A DNA stretch of 64,000 bases from positions 764,280-828,279 of the forward strand of contig CAWAGF010000001.1 in the NCBI GenBank assembly GCA_963781675.1. Direction: 5' to 3'. Source of the stretch: an uncultured Actinomycetota bacterium (lineage in GTDB: Bacteria > Actinomycetota > Actinomycetes > Mycobacteriales > SCTD01). Both the position numbers and the translations under genes were made by a program. Under the pieces are notes generated by a model. The model saw only the letters and a program-made list of their open reading frames with translations. It had not been told where the DNA came from and searched no databases. Positions within the stretch are counted from its first letter, which is position 1, and every line of letters starts with the position of its first letter. Positions 1 to 10,968 of this stretch are shown piece after piece.

Positions 1-55
1 GGACGGCTCAGGCTAGTGGGGAGGGGATTCGCCGTCACCCGTCGAACTCCTGCTC

Positions 56-904
56 ATGACCTTGCTGCCGGGTGCTCCGCGTCCGCTTCGCGCGCCTCGT
101 CCCGCGGTGTCCCGCCGCCTGCTGCTCGCGGTCGCGGTGCTGCTGCTCGGCGCGCTCGTCCCGGGCACCGCGAGCGCAGCGCCGGAGAGGGGCGTCCTCG
201 TCGTCGAGGGCAGGGGCGGCACCACCACGACGCTCGTCGTGACGGAGCCGATCTCGCTGCGCAGCGCAGAGGCGACGCTGACCGGCGGGGGCGAGTACGC
301 CGGCGTCCTCCTCGAGCCGCTGGACCGCCAGCCGCAGAGCGGCCGGCTCGGGGCTGTGCAGATCCGGGCGTTCCGCGACAGCACCCGGACGGTGGTGACG
401 CCCCTGGGCGCGGACGGGGCGATCGAGCCCGGCCGCTACACGGTCGTGCTGCTCGGCCAGGGCCCGGTCCGCGCGAGCTACCCGCTGCAGTCCCCGGACG
501 CGCCCGGCGTGCGCGTCGTGCCGCGCACGCCGCTGCCGGTGCGCTTCCTGGGGCGGGCCGAGGCGCTGCCCGCAGGCAGCTTCGGGAAGGCCCGGGTCGA
601 GCTGCCCGGCGCCCTCCCCGCCGGCAGGCGCGCCATCCAGGTCGCGCTGCGCGACCGGACCAGCGTCGAGGACTTCCGGATGTGCGCCACCAGCGGCTCC
701 ACCTGCCCCGGTGCGCTCCCGTTCGCCCCGCCGTCCCCCGTGCCGGCCCCGCCCGCCGGCGCCCCGCTCCCGGGGCAGGCCGGCCCGACCGCGACGGCGG
801 TGCTGCACAGCCCGGCGACGACAGCGCGCGCGCTGGTCTGGTCGGTCGAGAGCTCCTACCAGGAGGCGGACGACCGCCTGCGCACGGCGGCCATCGTCTT
901 CTAG
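56..904 (+). CDS. secreted hypothetical protein (signal peptide)
   Basis: 282-aa ORF with ATG start. The N-terminus RRLLLAVAVLLLGALVPGTASA looks like a signal peptide. Composition is protein-like, unlike the overlapping Arg/Pro shadow ORFs. Confidence 0.55.
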   Translation: MTLLPGAPRPLRAPRPAVSRRLLLAVAVLLLGALVPGTASAAPERGVLVVEGRGGTTTTLVVTEPISLRSAEATLTGGGEYAGVLLEPLDRQPQSGRLGAVQIRAFRDSTRTVVTPLGADGAIEPGRYTVVLLGQGPVRASYPLQSPDAPGVRVVPRTPLPVRFLGRAEALPAGSFGKARVELPGALPAGRRAIQVALRDRTSVEDFRMCATSGSTCPGALPFAPPSPVPAPPAGAPLPGQAGPTATAVLHSPATTARALVWSVESSYQEADDRLRTAAIVF

Positions 905-2880
905 CGCGCGCCGCGCCGTCCGCGGCGCGCCCGCAGGTAGTCGCTCACGACGTACTCCCCGAGCCGGGCCGGGTCGGGCGCGAAGACCCGGCCGCCGTTG
1001 CGCGCCGCGAGCCCCTCGACGAACTCCACCAGCCGCGGCTCGTCGTCGAGCATGAACACGTTGATGGTCGCGCCGCGCCGGGTGACCCGCTCGACCTCGG
1101 CCATCGTCAGCTCCAGCGTCTCGGGCAGCGGCGGCCAGCAGAACTCGGCGTAGCCGCTGCGGGTGAGGTGCGCGGTCGGCTCGCCGTCGGTGACGACCAG
1201 CACCACCGGCTCGGCGTCCGGGTGCTTGGCGAGGTGCCGCCCGGCGAGCACGAGGGCGTGCTGCAGGTTGGTGCCCTGCACGCGCTGGGCGTCCAGGCCG
1301 GCGAGCCTCTCCGGCGTGAGCACCTGCGCGTAGTCGCTGAAGCCGATGATCTCGATCGCGTCCTGCGGGTACTTCGTCGTGACCAGCGAGTGCAGCGCGA
1401 GCGCGGTCTGCTTGGCCGTGCCCCACGTGCCGCGCAGCTCCATCGAGAACGACAGGTCGACGAGCAGCGCGACGGCCGCGCTGGTGCGCCGCTCGGTCTC
1501 CACGACCTCGAAGTCGTCGACGACGAGGCGCACCGGGGACGCCGTCGCGCCGGAGGCGCGCAGTGAGGGACCGCCGCGCAGGACGGCGTTGCGGACGGTG
1601 CGCACCACGTCGAGCGGCTGCTCGTCGCCGAACTGCCACGCGCGGGAGGCGCCGGTCGTCTCGCCGGCCGCACCGGCGTCGCGCACGTCGTGGCCGCCCC
1701 GCCCGCCGGCCTCGAGCCTGCTGAACACCTTGCGCAGCGCGGTCGCGCCGACCCGCCGCACGGCCCGCGGCGACAGCTCGAGCCGGCCGCGGCTGTCGCG
1801 CACGAGGTAGCCCTGCTCCAGCAGCTCCCGCTCGATGCGGCGCAGCGCCGCGACGTCGTCCACCGCGGTGCGCCCGAGCGCCCGCTGCACCGCGGCCTCG
1901 TCGACGTCGTCGAGCGAGGCGCCCGGGTAGTCCTGCCCGAGCGCCGCCTCCAGGTCGTCGAGGTCGGCCAGCTCCTCGAGCGCGCTCGTCGCGTCACCCA
2001 TGCCCATCGCACCGTCGCCGCGCATCCGCTCGCGGCCGCCCCACGGCAGGTCGGGTCGCGCGTTGCGCAGGCTGTCCCCGAGCTGCGCCATCTGCGCGGC
2101 GAGGTCCATGTCGAGAGCGCCCTGCATCAGCTCGCCGAGCTCCTGGCGCTGCTGCGGCGTGAGCGAGTCCATCAGCCGCTGCTGCGCGGCGGCGCGGCGC
2201 GCCAGGTCGTCGACCAGCTCCTCGAGCGTCTGCGGCTCGGACGGGAAGAACTCCCCGTGCCTGCCCATGAACTCGTCGAACTGCTCCTGCGTGTGCTGTC
2301 CCCGTGCGTCGGCGTCGAGCATCGCGTTCAGGTCGGCCAGCATGTCCTTGACCGCCTGCAAGGCAGCAGGATCCGCGTTCTCGAGCGCCGCCTTCATGCC
2401 GCGGAACTGGCTGTCGAGCACCTCGCGCCGGAGCAGGTGGTCGATCGCCTCGTACGCCTCCCGCGCCTCCGGGGAGCGCCACTCGTACGGCTTCAGCGCC
2501 TGCACGGCGCGGGCCGTGTCCGTCGGCAGCGTGTCCAGCTCCAGCTCGGCCATCCGCGCGGCGTCGGACGGGTCGGGGAACAGCTCGCGCCGCTCGGCCT
2601 CGAGCGCCTGCTCGAGCAGCTCGCGCACCTCCTGCAGGGTCCCGTCGAGCTGGCCCTTCTGGCGGGCCTGCCGCTGCCGCTTGGCCACCTGCCGGCGCAG
2701 GTCGTCCAGCCCGCGCAGCCCGTCGGCCCCGCGGCGCAGCAGGTCGCGCATGGCCTGCCGCGCGCTCGCCCCGTCGAGGACGGCCTCGCCGATCTGGTCC
2801 AGCGCCGCGGCCACGTCGTACGGCGGCTCGAGCGGGTCGCGGCCGCCGGACCAGGCGCCGTAGCGGTACGCCGAGCTCAT
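901..2880 (-). CDS. VWA (von Willebrand factor A) domain protein, partner of the AAA+ ATPase upstream
   Basis: 659-aa ORF. MIDAS-like DxSxS motif (LLVDLSFSM) and VVLVVTDGEPT lie in the C-terminal third. It overlaps the next gene in the same direction by 4 nt. Confidence 0.75.
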   Translation of the reverse strand: MSSAYRYGAWSGGRDPLEPPYDVAAALDQIGEAVLDGASARQAMRDLLRRGADGLRGLDDLRRQVAKRQRQARQKGQLDGTLQEVRELLEQALEAERRELFPDPSDAARMAELELDTLPTDTARAVQALKPYEWRSPEAREAYEAIDHLLRREVLDSQFRGMKAALENADPAALQAVKDMLADLNAMLDADARGQHTQEQFDEFMGRHGEFFPSEPQTLEELVDDLARRAAAQQRLMDSLTPQQRQELGELMQGALDMDLAAQMAQLGDSLRNARPDLPWGGRERMRGDGAMGMGDATSALEELADLDDLEAALGQDYPGASLDDVDEAAVQRALGRTAVDDVAALRRIERELLEQGYLVRDSRGRLELSPRAVRRVGATALRKVFSRLEAGGRGGHDVRDAGAAGETTGASRAWQFGDEQPLDVVRTVRNAVLRGGPSLRASGATASPVRLVVDDFEVVETERRTSAAVALLVDLSFSMELRGTWGTAKQTALALHSLVTTKYPQDAIEIIGFSDYAQVLTPERLAGLDAQRVQGTNLQHALVLAGRHLAKHPDAEPVVLVVTDGEPTAHLTRSGYAEFCWPPLPETLELTMAEVERVTRRGATINVFMLDDEPRLVEFVEGLAARNGGRVFAPDPARLGEYVVSDYLRARRGRRGAR

Positions 2881-3167
2881 CGCCGGCCGGCCTTCGCGTT
2901 GAGGTAGCGCGCGAGGCCCTGCAGACCGTACGCGGCAGCGAGGGCGAACAGCGCGACGTAGCGCGGCAGGGGCTCGCCGGTGACGAGGTAGGCACCGCCG
3001 ATGGTGAGGCCGATCGCCAGCGCGACCTGGACCAGGGTGGCTAGCGTCGCCCGCGCCGTGCCCTTCAGCGCGAAGTCGTAGAGGAACGGCAGCCGTGACA
3101 GCCGGCCGATGCGGGCCCGCTCGGCGCGGCGGCCCTCCTTGTCCATGGGGACGGCCGGCTCAGCCAC
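2877..3167 (-). CDS. small membrane protein (two hydrophobic helices)
   Basis: 96-aa ORF, overlapping start/stop with both neighbours. Hydrophobic stretches LATLVQVALAIGLTIGGAYLV and YVALFALAAAYGL. Confidence 0.5.
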   Translation of the reverse strand: MAEPAVPMDKEGRRAERARIGRLSRLPFLYDFALKGTARATLATLVQVALAIGLTIGGAYLVTGEPLPRYVALFALAAAYGLQGLARYLNAKAGRR

Positions 3168-3417
3168 TCTCGCCCCGGCTCTCCAGGAACGCCTGGTAGG
3201 CCAGCCGCCGGCGCAGCCGGTTGGCGGCCAGCACCGGCGCCATCAGCGGCCGGACGACGAGCACGACCAGCAGCAGCATCCCCGGCAGCAGCAGCCAGGG
3301 CGGTCCGTCGACCGCGGTCACGGCGTAGCCGATCACGAAGAAGCCGAGCAGCGCCGCCGCTGCCGCGAGCAGCACGCGGCGGCGCAGCGCGGCCGGGTCC
3401 GGTGCGTCGGGCTGCAC
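3160..3417 (-). CDS. small membrane protein
   Basis: 85-aa ORF packed tightly between the ATPase and the next small gene. Hydrophobic stretches LLAAAAALLGFFVIGYAV and LLLPGMLLLVVLVV. Confidence 0.5.
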   Translation of the reverse strand: MQPDAPDPAALRRRVLLAAAAALLGFFVIGYAVTAVDGPPWLLLPGMLLLVVLVVRPLMAPVLAANRLRRRLAYQAFLESRGESG

Positions 3418-3418
3418 G

Positions 3419-4816
3419 TCAGCCGCCGTAGACGGTCCGGCCGCCGACCTCGTCCTTGGCCAGGCGGCGGTTCAGGTGCAGGCCTTCCAGGGCGAGCTCG
3501 AGCGCGGCGGCGGCGAGGCCGGGCGACTCCTCCTCGATGCCGAGGCGGGACAGGATCGCCGCCAGGCCGGGCACCGGTCCGAGGCCGGCCAGCAGGTCGG
3601 CGGCGGGCACCAGGTCGCCGGTCTCGACGGTGGCGCCCTCCTCGAAGCGGCCCTGCAGGCCGGTGAGGTCGGTGCCGGCGAGGCGGGCGCGGAAGACGTC
3701 GGCGGTGGCCTTGCGCAGCAGGTGCGCCAGCACCTCGAGCTCGCGCCCCTCCTCGGCCGCCTCGAACTCGACCTTGCCGCGTGCGGCGGCGACGACGGAC
3801 GGCAGGTCGCAGACCCGCGCGACCGCCTGCTGCTCACCGGTGACCGCGGCCCGGCGTACGGCCGACGCCGCGACGGTCTCGGCGGCGGCCACGGCGAAGC
3901 GGGCGCTGACGCCGGAGCGCTGATCGACCTGCGGCGACTCGCGCACCAGGCGGGTCCAGCGGGCGACGACCTCGAGCAGGTGCTCGGGGACCACGACGTT
4001 GCTGCCCGGCCAGGTGAGCTGGGCCTCCTGGGCGATCAGGCGCACCTCGTCCTCGAGCTCGAGGGGGTAGTGGGTGCGGACCTCGGCGCCGAAGCGGTCC
4101 TTGAGCGGCGTGATGATGCGGCCGCGGTTGGTGTAGTCCTCAGGGTTGGCGGAGGCGACCAGCAGCAGGTCGAGCGGCAGGCGCAGCGTGTAGCCCCGGA
4201 CCTGGATGTCGCGCTCCTCCAGGACGTTCAGCAGCGCGACCTGGATCCGCTCGGCGAGGTCGGGCAGCTCGTTGACGCTGAAGATGCCGCGGTTGGTGCG
4301 GGGGACGAGCCCGTAGTGGACGGTCTCCGGGTCGCCGAGGGTGCGGCCCTCGGCCACCTTGATCGGGTCGACGTCACCGATGAGGTCGCCGACGGAGGTG
4401 TCCGGCGTGGCCAGCTTCTCGCCGTAGCGCTCGCTGCGGTGCTTCCACGCCACGGGTGCCGCGTCGCCGTGCTCGGCGACGATCCGCTTGCCCTCGGGGC
4501 TGATCGGCTCGTACGGGTGCTCGTTCAGCTCCGAGCCCTCGAGCACCGGCGTCCACTCGTCGAGCAGTCCGACCAGGGTGCGGATCAGGCGGGTCTTGCC
4601 CTGGCCGCGCTCGCCGAGCAGGACGAGGTCGTGGCCGGCGAGCAGCGCGCGCTCGACCTGCGGGAGCACGGTGTCGTCGAAGCCGAGGATGCCGGGGAAG
4701 GCCGTCTCGCCGGCGGCCAGGCGGGCGAGCAGGTTGTCGCGCACCTCCGCCTTGACGCTCTTGTGGACGTGGCCGCTGGCGCGCAGCTCGCCCAGCGTGG
4801 TGGGGGGTGGGGTCAC
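3419..4816 (-). CDS. AAA+ ATPase, Mg-chelatase ChlI/BchI- or MoxR-like
   Basis: Only the C-terminal 466 codons of the 872-aa ORF look like protein. GTG start at 4816 (VTPPPTTLGEL). Walker A is LLGERGQGKT, with a Walker B-like GIFSVNELPD. It is paired with a VWA protein, as in chelatase/MoxR systems. Confidence 0.75.
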   Translation of the reverse strand: MTPPPTTLGELRASGHVHKSVKAEVRDNLLARLAAGETAFPGILGFDDTVLPQVERALLAGHDLVLLGERGQGKTRLIRTLVGLLDEWTPVLEGSELNEHPYEPISPEGKRIVAEHGDAAPVAWKHRSERYGEKLATPDTSVGDLIGDVDPIKVAEGRTLGDPETVHYGLVPRTNRGIFSVNELPDLAERIQVALLNVLEERDIQVRGYTLRLPLDLLLVASANPEDYTNRGRIITPLKDRFGAEVRTHYPLELEDEVRLIAQEAQLTWPGSNVVVPEHLLEVVARWTRLVRESPQVDQRSGVSARFAVAAAETVAASAVRRAAVTGEQQAVARVCDLPSVVAAARGKVEFEAAEEGRELEVLAHLLRKATADVFRARLAGTDLTGLQGRFEEGATVETGDLVPAADLLAGLGPVPGLAAILSRLGIEEESPGLAAAALELALEGLHLNRRLAKDEVGGRTVYGG

Positions 4817-4924
4817 TTCCCGACAGTACGTCCGGCCCTGCGGACGCGCACGGCTCGGCAGCCGCAGTCGACACGGCCGCGGGGCATCGCGGTGCTCGCG
4901 CCGGATCTCGGACAGGATGGGCCC

Positions 4925-6073
4925 ATGTCGCGCTTCGGGGACGGGCTGGCAGCGGGCGGCGACCTGCTCGCCGCGGCGCAGCGCGCCACGGAGCAGGCGC
5001 TCGAGCCGCTCGGCGGGCGGGTGCCGGACCTGCTGTGCGTGTTCGCGACCGGGCCGCCCGACGAGGTGGCCGAGGCCTACCTGCGGGCGGTGGCGGTGTC
5101 CGCGGCGACCTCCTCCCTCGGCTGCAGCGCCGGGGGCGTCATCGGCGGCGCCCGCGGGGTGGAGGGCGAGCCGGCGGTGAGCGTGTTCGCCGCGGTGCTG
5201 CCCGACGTGCGGATCCGCAGCTTCCACCTCGAGGTCATGCGGGCCGAGGCCGGCGCCGCGGTCGTCGGCATGCCCGAGCACGAGGAGGACGAGGTCGCGC
5301 TGCTGCTCGCCGACCCGTTCAGCTTCCCGGCCGACGGCTTCGTCACGCAGGCCAACGTCGCGCTGCCCGGCCTGCCGGTGGTCGGCGGCCTCGCGTCCGG
5401 CCCGCTCGGCGCCGGCTCCACCCGGCTGCTCGTCGACGGCCGCGTCGTCGACCGCGGTGCCGTCGGCGTGCTGCTGCGCGGCGCGGGGGTGCGCACGATC
5501 GTCAGCCAGGGCTGCCGCCCGGTCGGGCCGGCCATGACGGTGACCGCGTCCTCCGGAAGCGTGGTGCAGGAGCTCGCCGGAGTGCCTGCCCTGCAGCGGA
5601 TCGAGCAGGTGCTGGCCGAGCTGGTGCCGGCCGACCAGGCCCTCGCCAGCACCGGCCTGCAGCTCGGCATCGCCGTGGACGAGTACGCGGAGGACCACGA
5701 CTTCCTGGTGCGCGCCATCCTCGGCGCCGACCGCGAGACGGGCGGCGTCTCGGTGGGCGACCTCGTCCAGGTCGGCACGACGGTGCGGCTGCAGGTGCGC
5801 GATGCCGAGGCCGCGGACGCCGACCTGCGCGCGCTGCTCGCGGCCTACCGGCGCGACACCCGGGACGCCCCGGCCGGTGGCGCGCTGCTGTTCTCGTGCA
5901 ACGGCCGGGGGGCGCACCTGTTCGGCAGCGCCGACCACGACCCCGCCCTCGTGCGCAGCGAGCTCGCGGCCCTCGGCATCGCCGGCTTCTTCGCGGGCGG
6001 CGAGCTCGGCCCGGTGGCCGGCCGCAACCACCTGCACGGCTTCACCGCGTCGGTCCTGGCCTTCCCGTGCTGA
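4925..6073 (+). CDS. FIST domain protein (FIST_N + FIST_C sensor-like)
   Basis: ATG at 4925, so only the last 382 codons of the 865-aa ORF are used. The C-terminal LLFSCNGRG...FFAGGELGP pattern is typical of FIST_C. The stop overlaps the ilvA start. Confidence 0.7.
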   Translation: MSRFGDGLAAGGDLLAAAQRATEQALEPLGGRVPDLLCVFATGPPDEVAEAYLRAVAVSAATSSLGCSAGGVIGGARGVEGEPAVSVFAAVLPDVRIRSFHLEVMRAEAGAAVVGMPEHEEDEVALLLADPFSFPADGFVTQANVALPGLPVVGGLASGPLGAGSTRLLVDGRVVDRGAVGVLLRGAGVRTIVSQGCRPVGPAMTVTASSGSVVQELAGVPALQRIEQVLAELVPADQALASTGLQLGIAVDEYAEDHDFLVRAILGADRETGGVSVGDLVQVGTTVRLQVRDAEAADADLRALLAAYRRDTRDAPAGGALLFSCNGRGAHLFGSADHDPALVRSELAALGIAGFFAGGELGPVAGRNHLHGFTASVLAFPC

Positions 6074-7281
6074 GCCTGCCGGTCGGCCTGGACGACGTGC
6101 TGCACGCCCGCACCCTGCTGGCGGGCGTCTCGCGGGTCACGCCGATGGAGGGCCTGCGCGGGCTGTCCGACCGGGTCGGCGGCCCGGTGCTGCTGAAGTG
6201 CGAGAACCTCCAGCGCACCGGCTCCTTCAAGATCCGCGGGGCGTACGTCCGCATCGCCCGGCTGACCGACGAGGAGCGCGCGCACGGCGTCGTGGCCGCG
6301 AGCGCCGGCAACCACGCGCAGGGCGTCGCCCTGGCCGCCTCGCTGCTCGGCTGCCGCTCCACCGTCTTCATGCCCGAGGCGGCCCCGCTGCCGAAGGTAG
6401 CGGCCACGCAGGCGTACGGCGCGCAGGTCCGGCACGCCGGCCACACCGTCGACGAGGCGCTGGTCGCGGCCAAGGCGTTCGCGGCGGAGACCGGCGCGGT
6501 GCTCATCCACCCGTTCGACCACGCCGACATCGTGGCGGGGCAGGGGACCGTCGGGCTCGAGATCGCCGAGCAGTGCCCGGACGTGCGGACCGTCGTGGTC
6601 TGCACCGGCGGGGGCGGGCTGGTCGCCGGCATCGCCGTCGCGCTCAAGGGCCTGCTGCCCGACGTGCGCGTCGTGGCCGCCCAGGCCGCCGGCGCCGCGT
6701 CGTACACGCCGTCGCTCGAGGCGGGCGCACCCGTGCCGCTGATCGCCATGACGACGATGGCCGACGGCATCGCGGTGGGGTGCCCGGGTGAGCTGCCGTT
6801 CGCGATCGTGCGCGAGCTGGTCGACGACGTCGTGACCGTCGACGAGGAGGCGCTGTCCCGCGCGCTGCTGCTCGCGCTGGAGCGGGCCAAGCTCGTCATC
6901 GAGCCGGCGGGAGCTGCCGCGCTGGCCGCCGTCATGGAGGACCCCACCGCGTACGAGCCCCCGGTCGTCGCGGTGCTGTCCGGCGGCAACATCGACCCGC
7001 TGCTGCTGTCCAAGGTGGTGCGCCACGGGCTGGTCGCGGCGGGCCGGTTCATGTCGCTGCAGGTGCGCATCCCGGACCGGCCGGGGGAGCTCGCGCGGCT
7101 GCTCGGCGTCCTCGGTGACAGCGGCGCGAACGTGCTCGACGTGGAGCACTCGCGCACCGGCGCGGGCCTGCACGTCGACGAGGTCGCGGTCGGGCTGCAG
7201 CTCGAGACGCGCGGCCGGCCGCACGGCGACGAGGTCCTCGCGCACCTCGACGGCGCCGGCTACGCGGTCACCCCGGTCTGA
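6067..7281 (+). CDS. ilvA: threonine ammonia-lyase (threonine dehydratase) with C-terminal ACT-like domain
   Basis: GTG at 6067. PLP-lysine motif GSFKIRGA, plus SAGNHAQG and GGGGL loops. The regulatory tail resembles an ACT domain. Confidence 0.85.
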   Translation: MLSLPVGLDDVLHARTLLAGVSRVTPMEGLRGLSDRVGGPVLLKCENLQRTGSFKIRGAYVRIARLTDEERAHGVVAASAGNHAQGVALAASLLGCRSTVFMPEAAPLPKVAATQAYGAQVRHAGHTVDEALVAAKAFAAETGAVLIHPFDHADIVAGQGTVGLEIAEQCPDVRTVVVCTGGGGLVAGIAVALKGLLPDVRVVAAQAAGAASYTPSLEAGAPVPLIAMTTMADGIAVGCPGELPFAIVRELVDDVVTVDEEALSRALLLALERAKLVIEPAGAAALAAVMEDPTAYEPPVVAVLSGGNIDPLLLSKVVRHGLVAAGRFMSLQVRIPDRPGELARLLGVLGDSGANVLDVEHSRTGAGLHVDEVAVGLQLETRGRPHGDEVLAHLDGAGYAVTPV

Positions 7282-7298
7282 GCGGGTAGGGGTCGGTC

Positions 7299-7619
7299 AT
7301 GGACCCCTCGGCGGCGCTGGCCGCGCGCGAGCAGGAGATCGCCGCCCAGCTGGACGACATCGAGGTCGCATCGCGGCGGCAGACCGCGGGCGGCATCGGC
7401 TTCGGCAAGCGCGTGGGCGACGGCACCAACATCGCCGTCGAGCGGATGACCGACGTGGCCGCGCACAGCGGCCTGCAGCGCGAGCGCGACCAGATCCGCC
7501 GCGCGCGGGCCGCGCTGGAGGCAGGGACCTACGGCACCTGCGAGCAGTGCGGCGGCGACATCGGTGCGGCCCGCCTGGAGGCGCGTCCGGCGTCGACCCG
7601 CTGCGTGCGCTGCGCCTGA
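7299..7619 (+). CDS. DksA/TraR family C4-type zinc-finger protein
   Basis: 106-aa ORF with C-terminal CEQCGGDI...x17...CVRC (a CxxC-x17-CxxC finger). Confidence 0.8.
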   Translation: MDPSAALAAREQEIAAQLDDIEVASRRQTAGGIGFGKRVGDGTNIAVERMTDVAAHSGLQRERDQIRRARAALEAGTYGTCEQCGGDIGAARLEARPASTRCVRCA

Positions 7620-7638
7620 CTCCGCCGGCCGCCATGGT

Positions 7639-7694
7639 CATCCGCACCTCGACGGCGCGACCCGCCGGCGCGTCGCGCCGCTCACGTGCGGATG
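7639..7694. terminator. long nested inverted repeat between convergent genes (likely bidirectional terminator)
   Basis: The outer arms CATCCGCAC (7639-7647) and GTGCGGATG (7686-7694) enclose an inner GGCGCGAC/GTCGCGCC pair. It lies between the dksA-like stop and the hppD stop. Confidence 0.4.
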
Positions 7695-7719
7695 ATCTCC
7701 GGGCACGGCCTGCTGCGGG

Positions 7720-9325
<1,606 letters not shown>

Positions 9326-9369
9326 GGTGCTTCCTCGCAGGGGTCGGGGTGGTGCAGGTCACGTCGATG

Positions 9370-9811
9370 CTACGGGGAGCGGACCGCCCCGGGGATCGGG
9401 ACGTCGGTGCAGCGCCCGACCTCGCCGGTCACGGCGCGCTCGGACGTCGTCAGCACGTGCTCGAGCCGGACGACCCGCTCCGGCGTCCCCACCGCGTCCA
9501 CCACGACGACGTCGCGGCCGACCTCCGCGCCTGACCTCCCGCGCGACCGGACGAGGCAGTACGCCTGCCCGCCCGCGCGCTTGAGCACCTCGACGTCGAT
9601 CACCACGGACGCTGTCGGACTGCACCTGGAAGTCGATGACGCGGGCCTGCACCCGGTCGCTGCCGTACCTGTTGTAGAGGAAGAACGCGATCGCTCCGAG
9701 CAGCCCGATGAACAGCACGGACAGGACCACCGCGAAGGTGCGCCCGAGCAGCTGCGACGGCGGGTCGTAGCGCCCCTCGGGACGGCGTCGCGGGGCGGTG
9801 GGGGAGGTCAC
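9370..9811 (-). pseudogene. DUF4307-type membrane protein, reading frame broken by an apparent 1-nt insertion near 9607-9613
   Basis: GTG at 9811 gives VTSPTAP...[21 protein letters not shown]...[10 protein letters not shown]. The protein continues in another frame as (A)[24 protein letters not shown]...EVGRDVVVV to the stop at 9370. The 442-nt span is 3n+1. The position between greA and mca matches the conserved synteny. Confidence 0.6.
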
Positions 9812-9901
9812 GGGGTCTCCTGCGGGGATTGCCAGGTGGAGTGGCAGCGTTGGGGGGTGCGGGACGATGGTCCCCCGGTCCGGACCAGGAGGCATCCCCG
9901 C

Positions 9902-10783
9902 ATGAGCGACGAGCAGCTGCGGCTGATGTGCGTGCACGCCCACCCCGACGACGAGTCGAGCAAGGGCGCGGCCACCATGGCGCGCTACGCCACCGAGGGC
10001 GTCGACGTCCTCGTCGTCACCTTGACCGACGGCTCCCGCGGCTCGGTGCTGAACCCGGCCATGGACCGGCCCGAGGTGCTGGCCGACATCACCGCGATCC
10101 GCGCGAGGGAGATGGACCGCGCCCGCGAGATCCTCGGCGTGCGGCAGGTCTTCCTCGGCTTCGTCGACTCCGGGCTGCCGGAGGGCGACCCGCTGCCGCC
10201 GCTGCCGGACGGCTGCTTCGCCGTCGGCAGCCTCGAGGAGCAGACCGAGGCGCTGGTGCGGGTCGTGCGCGAGCAGCGTCCGCACGTGATGACGACGTAC
10301 GACGAGAACGGCGGCTACCCCCACCCGGACCACATCCGGTGCCACGAGGTGTCCGTGGCGGCGTTCGAGGCGGCGGGCGACCCCGACCGCTTCCCCGATG
10401 CGGGCGCCCCCTGGCAGCCGCTGAAGCTGTACTACAACCTGACCTTCCACAAGAGCCGCCTGGAGAAGCTGCACCAGGCGATGCTCGCGGCGGCGGTCGA
10501 GTCCCCGTACGCGGAGTGGCTCGTCAACTGGGAGGACAAGCCGGGCGACGCGGAGCGGCTGACCACCTCTGTGCCGTGCGCGGAGTACTTCCCGGTGCGC
10601 GACGCCGCGCTCATCGCGCACGCCACGCAGGTCGACCCGACCGGGCGCTGGTTCGCCTGCCCGATCGAGCTGCAGCAGGAGACCTGGCCGTACGAGGACT
10701 TCCAGCTCGCGCGGTCGCTCGTCGACACGAGCCTGCCGGAGGACGACCTGTTCGCCGGGATCCGCACGCGGGTGGCCTCGTGA
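9902..10783 (+). CDS. mca: mycothiol S-conjugate amidase (LmbE/MshB family)
   Basis: ATG at 9902. AHPDDES motif and YPHPDH motif. About 293 aa, at the conserved location next to greA. Confidence 0.8.
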   Translation: MSDEQLRLMCVHAHPDDESSKGAATMARYATEGVDVLVVTLTDGSRGSVLNPAMDRPEVLADITAIRAREMDRAREILGVRQVFLGFVDSGLPEGDPLPPLPDGCFAVGSLEEQTEALVRVVREQRPHVMTTYDENGGYPHPDHIRCHEVSVAAFEAAGDPDRFPDAGAPWQPLKLYYNLTFHKSRLEKLHQAMLAAAVESPYAEWLVNWEDKPGDAERLTTSVPCAEYFPVRDAALIAHATQVDPTGRWFACPIELQQETWPYEDFQLARSLVDTSLPEDDLFAGIRTRVAS

Positions 10784-10968
10784 GCGCCGGGCTGCTGCTG
10801 GTCGCGGTCCAGGAGGAGGACCTCGCGACCGGGCCGATCGGCCTGGTGATCATCCTGGTGATGCTCATCGTGACCGTCGCCCTGATCCGGAACATGAACA
10901 CCCGCATCAAGCGCCTGCCGAAGTCCTTCCCCGGCCAGGACGACGAGCCGGAGCAGCCCGACCGCTAG
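10780..10968 (+). CDS. small membrane protein
   Basis: GTG at 10780 overlaps the mca stop (GTGA). 62 aa with one hydrophobic helix ([16 protein letters not shown]). Confidence 0.45.
   Translation: MSAGLLLVAVQEEDLATGPIGLVIILVMLIVTVALIRNMNTRIKRLPKSFPGQDDEPEQPDR

Noticed and set aside
16-1639. Very long ORFs on the opposite strand or in alternative frames of real genes (e.g. 16..1566+, 35..1639-, 38782..42444- at 1220 aa, 48956..52384- at 1142 aa, 56091..60308- at 1405 aa).
   Set aside because: Their translations are dominated by Arg/Pro/Gly/Ala with no motifs. They overlap frames with clear protein signatures and G/C-rich third positions. These are typical shadow ORFs of a stop-poor, high-GC genome.
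3419-6073. Mutually overlapping 872-aa (minus) and 865-aa (plus) ORFs.
   Set aside because: Only the C-terminal 466 and 382 codons respectively look like protein (the AAA+ ATPase and the FIST protein). The N-terminal extensions are antisense shadows of each other, so the genes were trimmed to internal GTG/ATG starts.
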